DNA from: Geobacteraceae bacterium GWC2_55_20
GTDB lineage: Bacteria; Desulfobacterota; Desulfuromonadia; Geobacterales; Pseudopelobacteraceae
DNA length: 64,000 bases
Assembly: GCA_001802125.1 (NCBI GenBank)
Contig: MGZK01000130.1
Coordinates: 243 to 64,242, forward strand
Direction of reading: 5' to 3'
Numbering within the stretch: the stretch's first letter is position 1; each line of letters opens with the position of its first letter. A program made the translations under genes and the position numbers. The notes under the pieces were generated by a model. The model saw only the letters and a program-made list of their open reading frames with translations, was not told the DNA's origin and did no database searches. Of the stretch, positions 43,995 through 51,717 are shown one piece after another.

Positions 43995-44597
43995 TCACTT
44001 GAAGGCCGCCACCTGGGCCTGATAGACCGTCACCGGCACATAGCGCACCGCGAACTCCACCGTGCATCTGGCGCAGGCCACGAAGAACGGCTTGCCGTTT
44101 TTACCCTTCTCCAGCGCCAGTTCATGCTTGTGGTTGCAATAGGGGCAGTTGGCAACGACAATATTCTGGGGCAGCGGCCTGGCCTCCGTCTTTTTAATGG
44201 TCTTGGCGGCGGGCTTCGCTGCTGGAGAGGTATCTGGCTGGACAGATGTTTTTAAATCCTGAGGAGATGTTTCGGACAGCTCCATTTCGGCCGGTTCGAT
44301 CTTTTTCATTTTGGGTCGCTCCTTTTTTATCGATGTTGTTACCGGCAGATTTTCCTCTTCCGGATGCACGATTACAGTAACGGGAGGGGGAAGAATGCCC
44401 TTGATGGCCTTCTTCCAGATTGTCGGCAGCGAAGTTTTGGAGTAGTGCAACGGTCTGACACCCTTCATCTTCGCGGCCCCGCCCTCGATCACATAGTACT
44501 TGTCACGATACGATACCAGAGTCTGAGCGCCGATTTCCGCCACCTTGAATCCCGATGATATCTTGTTGTCGAGCCAGAAAGTGACCGTTTCTTCCAT
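43995..44597 (-). CDS. Hypothetical protein with a C-terminal zinc ribbon (200 aa)
   Basis: AGGAGGG lies upstream of the ATG at 44597. The protein has a globular N-terminal ~80 aa, a Pro/Lys/Glu-rich linker, and a C-terminal CPYCNHKH...CARC four-ligand motif. I recognise no family. Confidence 0.6.
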   Translation of the reverse strand: MEETVTFWLDNKISSGFKVAEIGAQTLVSYRDKYYVIEGGAAKMKGVRPLHYSKTSLPTIWKKAIKGILPPPVTVIVHPEEENLPVTTSIKKERPKMKKIEPAEMELSETSPQDLKTSVQPDTSPAAKPAAKTIKKTEARPLPQNIVVANCPYCNHKHELALEKGKNGKPFFVACARCTVEFAVRYVPVTVYQAQVAAFK

Positions 44598-44934
44598 AAA
44601 TTACCCTCCTGTAGTTACCGTGCGCCGAATTGTTGATGTGACGGATCCGCAAATGATGGAAAATTGATCCACGAAAAATATCACAGACCTGCTCAAAATT
44701 CTAATCCTTAAGCACGCGGCCTGAAAACATGCCCGCCAACACGCCACCATTTCATGCAAAATCGAATCAATAAGTAAACTTTACTCGGCAGCGGAGATAT
44801 TTTGTGCGGCGCTTCTTTATTCGTGTGCATTGTCGATAGTTTTTTTGTAATATCCGCAAGAAAGCACAGCTCAATTGGGGCGTGACATGGGTCAGGCAAA
44901 AAGTCCGATCACTTCAAAACCGTAGGAGCAGTAT

Positions 44935-45087
44935 ATGTTTGCAAAGATTCTCGGAGTCATATTCGCACTGTTTATCATCTGTTTTGTGGCAATTGTAATC
45001 GAGGAACTTTTTCTGGGTGGAAGGAGACTGCGGCTCGCAAAAAAAGCCAGCATTCAACAGAAAAGGACAGATATAGATAATGTGTAA
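44935..45087 (+). CDS. Possible 50-aa single-TM small protein
   Basis: It falls below the track cutoff. AGGAG lies 7 nt upstream of the ATG. The sequence is MFAKILGVIFALFIICFVAIVIEELFLGGRRLRLAKKASIQQKRTDIDNV, a hydrophobic helix with a basic tail. Confidence 0.35.
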   Translation: MFAKILGVIFALFIICFVAIVIEELFLGGRRLRLAKKASIQQKRTDIDNV

Positions 45088-45142
45088 CGGTTTGGAACTC
45101 TGCCGCTGATGATTAACTTATTTGATTAACCTGGGAGAATGA

Positions 45143-45448
45143 ATGCAGGAAGAACTTTTCAAAACATTGCCGGACAGTTACATAAAAGGCATTTTCGATG
45201 TAACCACCGTTTTCTATTTTTCCGTGGGAGATACAAAGAAAACACTAACCCTTGACAGCCAAGGATGCCACATCCGTGACGGAAAACCCGAGGTGGAAGC
45301 AGACTGCAGTTGCGCAACCAGCCCCGCAATATTTAACAAAATCTGGAATGAAGGCTATCGCCCAGGGATCATGGACTTCATGTCCGGCAAGATCAAATCC
45401 GATGCGCCGCTTTTGCTGAAACAGTTCCTGCTGGCCTTCGGCAAGTAG
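45143..45448 (+). CDS. SCP2 sterol-carrier-like domain protein
   Basis: 101 aa with a C-terminal ...FMSGKIKSDAPLLLKQFLLAF, typical of SCP2 domains. Confidence 0.7.
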   Translation: MQEELFKTLPDSYIKGIFDVTTVFYFSVGDTKKTLTLDSQGCHIRDGKPEVEADCSCATSPAIFNKIWNEGYRPGIMDFMSGKIKSDAPLLLKQFLLAFGK

Positions 45449-45507
45449 TTAAAGTCCCTGAGAGGGCGTTTTTCTGACTCTGTGCAGACCAAGCGCCCTC
45501 TTTAAGT

Positions 45508-46827
45508 CTATTCTCCGCTGTACAGCCACATCTGAGCTTCACGAGGCGGTATCGCAAGCGTGATACTGCCGCCATCCAACTGCATCCGATATCCGTGAAT
45601 CTGGCAACGATAACTTCCATGACGCACTCCATCGACAAAAATGGCCGGATATTGCCAGGAACCGGTCTTGTTGATCGCAACCATACCGGTCTCGCCACGG
45701 GCAAACACCAGGAATCCGTCATCATCGTATAATGAAAGTTGCTTTTGGCCATGCAGCGCGTTATGAAAGCGGAGCATCGCCGCCGTATCATCCCGGCACC
45801 ACGAATTTGCCCAGCGGTTACGGTCCTCCCGGTACCGGCCGGCACTCTGATTGTTGTCGGAGTAGACCAGCGGCACACCGCCATCACGCCCCATCAGGTA
45901 AACATTTGCCAGGTACTCGTCCTGGGGTTGCAACATCACGCCACGGAAACCGTCATTATTTGGCATATCATGGGTAACGCTGAAAGTAACCGCACGCCAC
46001 CACGGCAGCGCCTGGCCGAAGCTGGCCGGGTCCACTAGCTCGCGCATGCTGCCACCCGGAGAAAAAGCCCGGCGCAGGGTCTCGTGCAGCGGGAAATCGT
46101 AAAAAGACAAATACGAATTATCGAAAAGGGGCCAGAGAAAAACTCTCTCTTCATTGTCATTGGAGGTCAGCGCCTCGCCGAACAGAAACTTGCCGGCCAT
46201 GTCGGGGGTTTCGAACACGTTGCGAAGATGCTCCTCCGGCAGGTGTTTGACGGCGTCCACCCGGTAGCCGTCCATTCCCATCCCGTTCAGCGCCCGCAGG
46301 CACTGGCGCTGCTGTTCAATCACCCATTGGTTGAGATCGAGGTCTGGCAATCCCGAAAGTGAATGTTCCGTCGCCTCATGGGCATCCATCCAGTTCTGTA
46401 TGTTGCCATCCGAGTTGAAGTCCCACGGAGAGAACAGACCTTCGTCAAGGTTGCCGTACAGGCGGTCTCTTTCAAACCCTCCTTTCTCCAGCTGATAACG
46501 TGCAAGCTCGGCATCACCTGGAAAGTGAAGCCTGTCCGGCCTGGCTTCATTGGCCATATGGTTGAAAACGATATCCGCGTACACGCGCACCCCGTAACCG
46601 TGCAGCGCCGCAATCATCTTTTCAAGATCGGCCTTGTTGCCCAGGTGAGAGCGCAGAATCCGGTAGTCCTTGGGCTGGTAGCGCTGCCACCATTCGGTTC
46701 CGGATTCATCACTGTATAAGGGCGGTGGAATCAGCACAGCCCCGTAGCCTAGCCCGGCAATCCTGCCGGCATTATCAGCTATGTCGTTATATTTCCAGTC
46801 AAAAGCATGCAGGATTACATCGTTCAT
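45508..46827 (-). CDS. GH13 alpha-amylase-family glycoside hydrolase
   Basis: The GH13 conserved regions are present: DIVFNHMA (region I), GYRVDAVKH (region II, nucleophile Asp), a GEA-type region III and FSVTHD (region IV). Confidence 0.85.
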   Translation of the reverse strand: MNDVILHAFDWKYNDIADNAGRIAGLGYGAVLIPPPLYSDESGTEWWQRYQPKDYRILRSHLGNKADLEKMIAALHGYGVRVYADIVFNHMANEARPDRLHFPGDAELARYQLEKGGFERDRLYGNLDEGLFSPWDFNSDGNIQNWMDAHEATEHSLSGLPDLDLNQWVIEQQRQCLRALNGMGMDGYRVDAVKHLPEEHLRNVFETPDMAGKFLFGEALTSNDNEERVFLWPLFDNSYLSFYDFPLHETLRRAFSPGGSMRELVDPASFGQALPWWRAVTFSVTHDMPNNDGFRGVMLQPQDEYLANVYLMGRDGGVPLVYSDNNQSAGRYREDRNRWANSWCRDDTAAMLRFHNALHGQKQLSLYDDDGFLVFARGETGMVAINKTGSWQYPAIFVDGVRHGSYRCQIHGYRMQLDGGSITLAIPPREAQMWLYSGE

Positions 46828-47035
46828 GGCAGCTCCTTTCCAGCAGGCAGGATATTAGAATACAACAAGCAACATCACTCTAAATACGGTTTACAGGCAG
46901 GTCAAGCATTCTAATTATCGGCGATTACCTCCCCTGAAAGCAGCGATACTTTTACTTGCAAATCAAGATTCGGATTGATATAAATTTTTGCTTAGGCACA
47001 GTTTTCAACACAATCAAGGAGTTGACCATCCAGAA

Positions 47036-48016
47036 ATGAAAATGGTTTTATGGTTCATACAGGCACTCATCTTTTATCTGTTTACCATTTTATTCGCCAT
47101 GATTCCGCAATCTGGAATCCGATCAACCGGCAGACTGTTATCAAGGATGAGCACCGTTCTGATTCCGAAGAGAAGGCAGATTGCAATCGACAATATTCGC
47201 CAGGCCCTGCCGGCAATGTCAAAGGATCCGGATTGGAATTTGCCTGATCAATCACCGGAAGATATTTCGCGCAACATGTTTGATCATCTGGCCATGTCAT
47301 TGATTGAAACCGCGCGCCTGTACCACGGACGCGGCACAAAAATCATCGAGCAGGTTGAGATTCGCGGGGCGGAACATGTAGAGAGGGCAAAAGCGCGGGG
47401 CAAAGGGGTAATCTTCCTGACCGGGCATTGCGGCAACTGGGAACTGGCGGCATTGGGCTTGGCCCACCACTTCAAATCGACCATGTCGGTCGTGGCAAGG
47501 CGCCAGGACAGCCCCTATCTGAACAGCATGGTTGAGAAGATGCGACAACGCTACGACAACAACATCATCTACAAGGACAAGGCCTTCAAAAGCATGTTGT
47601 CGGTCTTTCGCAACAACGGCATGGTCGGCATCCTGGTGGACCAGGCGGTATTCCCCGAGGACGGCGCCCTGATCAACTTCCTCGGGCGCAAAGCCTGGGC
47701 GTCAAAAGCGCCGGTCGTGCTGGCACGCAAATCAGGAACCGCTGTGTTGCCGGCCTTTATCCATCGTGAAGAGGATCGGCATGTGATCGAGATTCAGCCC
47801 GAACTTTCCTTCTCAGGCGACAACTCCGCCTCAGGAATGACCGCGGATGTGCAACTCTATTCAAATGCCATCGAGAATTTCATCATCCGCCACCCCTACG
47901 ACTGGTACTGGGTGCACCGCCGCTGGAAAAGGGCCGGACAAACTGTCGATGCCTCTGAACCGGCCATGTCACCCAGGCATCTGCTTTCGGCGCATGAAAC
48001 ACGCATGACAACTTGA
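47036..48016 (+). CDS. Lipid A biosynthesis (Kdo)2-lipid IVA acyltransferase family protein (LpxL/HtrB-like)
   Basis: N-terminal TM segment, then LTGHCGNWE (the HX4D-family acyltransferase motif region) and DWYWVHRRWK at the C-terminus. Confidence 0.8.
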   Translation: MKMVLWFIQALIFYLFTILFAMIPQSGIRSTGRLLSRMSTVLIPKRRQIAIDNIRQALPAMSKDPDWNLPDQSPEDISRNMFDHLAMSLIETARLYHGRGTKIIEQVEIRGAEHVERAKARGKGVIFLTGHCGNWELAALGLAHHFKSTMSVVARRQDSPYLNSMVEKMRQRYDNNIIYKDKAFKSMLSVFRNNGMVGILVDQAVFPEDGALINFLGRKAWASKAPVVLARKSGTAVLPAFIHREEDRHVIEIQPELSFSGDNSASGMTADVQLYSNAIENFIIRHPYDWYWVHRRWKRAGQTVDASEPAMSPRHLLSAHETRMTT

Positions 48017-48031
48017 AAGGAGAGATAAATC

Positions 48032-48217
48032 ATGATTTGCACAATCAATCAATTTGAGGATGTGCTGGCCAAATTCAAATATTTCGCCGAGTCCGCGGAT
48101 ATGCCTCTATCATCGGAAGCTGAAAGTCTCAGGCAGGAATTGATCGTGATCTGTGTGGAATTACTTGCTGTGGTGCGGGAAGAGATGCAGGCAAATGCAG
48201 ATTCGGTGATTAAATGA
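48032..48217 (+). CDS. Small hypothetical protein (61 aa)
   Basis: AAGGAGAG lies 6 nt upstream of the ATG, which is 15 nt after the acyltransferase stop. I recognise no family. Confidence 0.45.
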   Translation: MICTINQFEDVLAKFKYFAESADMPLSSEAESLRQELIVICVELLAVVREEMQANADSVIK

Positions 48218-48260
48218 TCATCCTGGACAGGTAATCAGGGTCGTTGTCACAGTTCCCTGG

Positions 48261-48419
48261 TCACCTGCGGTTTTGATAATAGCTCTCCTGTTTGGACCAG
48301 ATCAATTCAGTTGCGCGGTCTAAAACTGATTTAAGGTCTTGAAGCGGGGTGCGCTGGTATCGATTGGCAATTCTGTTCAAGACTTTACGGGTCTCAACCG
48401 GATTCATGTACCATGGCAT
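48261..48419 (-). CDS. Possible 52-aa protein with a strong Shine-Dalgarno
   Basis: It falls below the track cutoff. The minus strand reads AGGAGGGAATCTCA-ATG. The sequence is MPWYMNPVETRKVLNRIANRYQRTPLQDLKSVLDRATELIWSKQESYYQNRR. I recognise no family. Confidence 0.35.
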   Translation of the reverse strand: MPWYMNPVETRKVLNRIANRYQRTPLQDLKSVLDRATELIWSKQESYYQNRR

Positions 48420-49095
48420 TTGAGATTCCCTCCTTTCCTCATGTCTATCAAACTTGGGCTGCTCCGGTAGTCAAAAGTTACTTTCCGCCTTATTACGGAA
48501 TAAATAACTTTGACAGCCCGGAATCCAGTTGGCAAATCCAGAATACTTCCATAATCCCGACTCCTTACAGCCATTTTTCTGCATAGATCACGCCAAACAG
48601 GTTTTGTTTAACAGTTTAAGTATCTTAACATAATTCAAGCCCAAGCTTGTATTCCTTCGGCGTCCTGCTGTCGATCTTTTTTACACTTTCTGAAGGAGTC
48701 TGTGTAGAAATTCCGACATTACGGAAACACCAGCTGCGCCGCACTTTCCGGTCAAACAACTGTACAAGCATGGGACAAAATTGACAGGATCTATCGGAGC
48801 CATGGTTGGGGAGATCATTCATCGTGTTGAATACCGGGGAACTTGATAATTAAGAACGGGAGAGCAATTTTCGATTGTACTCGAAAAATAATTTTAAAAA
48901 AAGACTGTTAATTCAATTCCACGGTGCTATATTTGAACCAGCTGGAAGGAAGTACAAATCTTCAAAAGGAGGCTTTACATCTTCTATGGAAGAAACTCCG
49001 CCAGGCTGCAAACCACAATAGAATACAACAATACTCCGGAGGTTGAATGCGCCGGAAAAGGCCTTGATAAGGTAATCAAGATTTATAGACAGCCG

Positions 49096-49131
49096 AAGCC
49101 CACCGAACAAATTTGGTGGGCTTTAATTTTT
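49096..49131 (+). terminator. Plus-strand rho-independent terminator with no annotated gene upstream
   Basis: AAGCCCACC-N10-GGTGGGCTT is followed by TAATTTTT. The minus-strand version lacks a T tract. Confidence 0.6.
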
Positions 49132-49185
49132 ACAATGGATGCCATTCACAGTAAATGAAATGATCCTTAGACCTGGAGAGGCGAA

Positions 49186-50187
49186 GTGAATAATATATCA
49201 TTAATGATGGCCATGGTTCTTGAAAAAGCGGGTGAACCGCTCAGACCGAGGGAACTACCGATACCTTCGGCGGGTAGCGGAGAACTTTTGCTAAAAATCC
49301 AGGCCTGCGGCATCTGCCGTACGGACCTGCACGTTTTGGACGGTGAACTCACAGAACCGCGACTGCCGCTGATACCAGGACATCAGATAGTTGGACTGGT
49401 GGAAACTGCCGGCGAAGGCGTGAGCGGATTCAAGCCGGGAGAACTGGTTGGCGTACCGTGGCTGGGTGGAACGTGCGGAGAGTGCGACTACTGCCTGTCA
49501 GGCCGGGAGAACCTCTGCGACAAGGCGCTGTTCACCGGCTATCAACGCAACGGCGGTTTTGCCGAATACTGTACCGCCAATGCCGGATTCTGTTTCAACA
49601 TTCCAAGATCTTACCCGGCTACACAGGCGGCCCCCCTGCTCTGCGCCGGCCTGATCGGTTACCGTTCCCTGCGCATGACCGGAACTGGAAAACGGATCGG
49701 TATTTACGGTTTCGGCGCGGCTGCACACATCGTTACCCAGACGGCTCTCTGGGAGGGGCGCGAAATATATGCATTCACCCGTGAAGGAGACAGCGCCGGA
49801 CAACGCTTTGCGATGGAAATGGGGGCCTGCTGGGCAGGATCAGCATTGCACCAGCCACCGGTCGAGCTGGATGCGGCCATCATTTTCGCTCCGGCAGGAG
49901 AACTGGTTCCAGCGGCGCTGAAAGCGGTGCGCAAGGGAGGAATAGTGGTCTGCGGCGGCATTCACATGAGCCGGATTCCCGGTTTTCCGTATGAGCTGCT
50001 TTGGGGTGAACGCAGCATAGTTTCAGTAGCAAACCTGACCCGTCGCGATGGCGATGAATTCCTGGAACTGGCTCCGCGCATCCCGATCAGGACCGAAATC
50101 GAAGTTTTCCCATTACAGCAGGCCAACGAGGCGCTTAGCGCCCTTAGAAACGGCAAAATCAGGGGGGCCGGTGTTCTGGTGCCATAG
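49186..50187 (+). CDS. Zinc-dependent alcohol dehydrogenase (MDR superfamily)
   Basis: The catalytic zinc region is GICRTDLHV and the structural zinc region is CGECDYCLSGRENLC. The nucleotide fold is GFGAAAH. The true start may be the ATG at 49204-49213 (MMAMVLEKAG) rather than the GTG at 49186. Confidence 0.88.
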   Translation: MNNISLMMAMVLEKAGEPLRPRELPIPSAGSGELLLKIQACGICRTDLHVLDGELTEPRLPLIPGHQIVGLVETAGEGVSGFKPGELVGVPWLGGTCGECDYCLSGRENLCDKALFTGYQRNGGFAEYCTANAGFCFNIPRSYPATQAAPLLCAGLIGYRSLRMTGTGKRIGIYGFGAAAHIVTQTALWEGREIYAFTREGDSAGQRFAMEMGACWAGSALHQPPVELDAAIIFAPAGELVPAALKAVRKGGIVVCGGIHMSRIPGFPYELLWGERSIVSVANLTRRDGDEFLELAPRIPIRTEIEVFPLQQANEALSALRNGKIRGAGVLVP

Positions 50188-50313
50188 TAGCGGTGCATAC
50201 CAGACAACATCGAATCAAAATGTAAACACAATAACTCGTCGGTTTTTTTTACAGTTTTCTTCACACAATTGAATTAACTTATATATTCTTTTGATTATAG
50301 ATACTTATACAAC

Positions 50314-50329
50314 TGGCACATATAATGCT
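50314..50329 (+). promoter_or_regulatory. Sigma-54 (-24/-12) promoter upstream of the PEP-CTERM protein gene
   Basis: TGGCAC-ATATA-ATGCT against the consensus TGGCAC-N5-TTGCW. GG and GC are 12 nt apart. It lies about 45 nt upstream of the ATG at 50374. Confidence 0.65.
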
Positions 50330-50373
50330 TCTCCACTTACAAGTTCCAAGCACTATTAAAGGAGATGCGCGCC

Positions 50374-50970
50374 ATGAGATCCCATATCAATTCGTTATTG
50401 CTGGCTTTGTCAGCCGTACTGATGTTTTGCGGCAGCGGATACGCCACTGACTACGACTTTTCCGGGCATCTGCAGTATCACAATGACATTCTCCAATATT
50501 CATTCACCATCAATGGAACTAGTGACGTGACACTTTTCACTTCCTCATGGGATAATGGCAACTTTGACCCGATGATGGCACTCTGGAGCAGCAACGGCAA
50601 CAGGGTGACATTTCAGGATGATGGGCGCGCGGAAGGAACCATCAATGGCTACAGCTATGGGTTATGGGATTCATATTTAAGCACGTCGCTTTCCGCCGGG
50701 AGGTATATCGTAACTATTTCAACTTACTACAACATCCCGAACGGCACCAATCTTAGTGATGGGTTCGATTTTGACAGCAAGGCTCCGATTTTGGTTTCAG
50801 ATTGGCTACAAGAGCGAAATGGCGATACTAATGACTTCTACGAATTCCACATTCTGGGTGTGGAAACCGCCCAACCGACAACAACCCCGGTGCCAGAGCC
50901 AGCCACCATACTGCTGCTGGGCGCGGGCCTGGCCGGATTAGGATTGCTGCGGAGAAGATCAATGAAATAA
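50374..50970 (+). CDS. PEP-CTERM sorting-signal secreted protein
   Basis: It has an N-terminal signal peptide. The C-terminal VPEPATILLLGAGLAGLGLLRRRS is a canonical PEP motif followed by a TM helix and a basic tail. The second ATG (50374) has better GGAG spacing than 50365. Confidence 0.85.
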   Translation: MRSHINSLLLALSAVLMFCGSGYATDYDFSGHLQYHNDILQYSFTINGTSDVTLFTSSWDNGNFDPMMALWSSNGNRVTFQDDGRAEGTINGYSYGLWDSYLSTSLSAGRYIVTISTYYNIPNGTNLSDGFDFDSKAPILVSDWLQERNGDTNDFYEFHILGVETAQPTTTPVPEPATILLLGAGLAGLGLLRRRSMK

Positions 50971-51007
50971 ACTCCGAACTCAAACCGGAGCACACAAACC
51001 AAACCGA

Positions 51008-51050
51008 GTGCCGCAAGATCTGATTTAATGATTTTGCGGCACTTTCTTGT
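51008..51050 (+). terminator. Rho-independent terminator after the PEP-CTERM gene
   Basis: GTGCCGCAA-N17-TTGCGGCAC is followed by TTTCTTGTTG. Confidence 0.6.
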
Positions 51051-51219
51051 TGTTCGCTGACACCTTGACACAGCAATACGCCATTGGGCGGATAATATTC
51101 TGTCGGAAGAATTAACACTTTTGGCATACCCGAACGGTGTATTCTCTTCAGCTGAATAGTTTGTTGTGGTAGCATGGCGACGTCTATTCATTTGAAACTT
51201 ATTATCCGGCTTGAAGGAC

Positions 51220-51717
51220 ATGACAATACCTAAAAAAAACCACCAATACTGGATGCAACGGGCATTAGCGGAGGCCCGCAAGGCGGAGGGAAAAGCCGAG
51301 GTGCCGATCGGCTGTGTTATTGTGCTGAATGGCAAGATCATTGCCCGCGGCCATAATCTGCGTGAATCATCGCAAGACCCGTCCGCCCACGCCGAACTGC
51401 TCGCCATCAGAAAAGCCGCCAGGAAACTTGGTTCCTGGCGGCTTCTGGACACGATTCTTTATGTGACCCTGGAACCATGCACCATGTGCATGGGGGCCAT
51501 AATACTTTCACGCATACCAACAGTCGTCTTCGGCTGCTTCGATCCAAAAGGCGGAGCGGCCGGGTCACTGTACGACCTGTCCAGTGACCCCCGCCTGAAT
51601 CACAGGGTAGAGCTGTTGCCGCGGATCCTGGAAAGCGAGTGTTCCGGCATGCTGAGCGACTTCTTTTCAAAACTCAGGAAGCGCAAACGCGCCGAAAGGC
51701 TCATTTCTGACCGGTAA
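51220..51717 (+). CDS. tadA: tRNA adenosine(34) deaminase
   Basis: HAELLAI and PCTMCMGA are the CDA zinc motifs. GAAGGA precedes the ATG at 51220; the track uses a TTG at 51211. Confidence 0.9.
   Translation: MTIPKKNHQYWMQRALAEARKAEGKAEVPIGCVIVLNGKIIARGHNLRESSQDPSAHAELLAIRKAARKLGSWRLLDTILYVTLEPCTMCMGAIILSRIPTVVFGCFDPKGGAAGSLYDLSSDPRLNHRVELLPRILESECSGMLSDFFSKLRKRKRAERLISDR

Noticed and set aside
44708-44899. 63-aa minus-strand ORF upstream of the Zn-ribbon gene
   Set aside because: It has no RBS and sits in the promoter/leader region. Its composition is unremarkable, and it overlaps the probable promoter of the small plus-strand ORF.
48986-49021. 11-codon mini-ORF (MEETPPGCKPQ) behind AAGGAGG, considered as a leader peptide for the downstream terminator and adh
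   Set aside because: The SD-to-ATG spacing is 13 nt, which is too long. The peptide has no run of regulatory codons. I cannot distinguish it from chance without conservation data.
48625-49110. 65-aa minus-strand ORFs at 48625-48822 and 48913-49110
   Set aside because: I saw no Shine-Dalgarno upstream of the first (TTCAACACG-ATG). Neither matches a family I recognise. Both lie in an ORF-poor region where random ORFs of this size are expected.
50838-51452. 204-aa minus-strand ORF
   Set aside because: It overlaps the PEP-CTERM gene 3' end, its terminator and the tadA 5' half on the opposite strand. It has no RBS and no recognisable motif.
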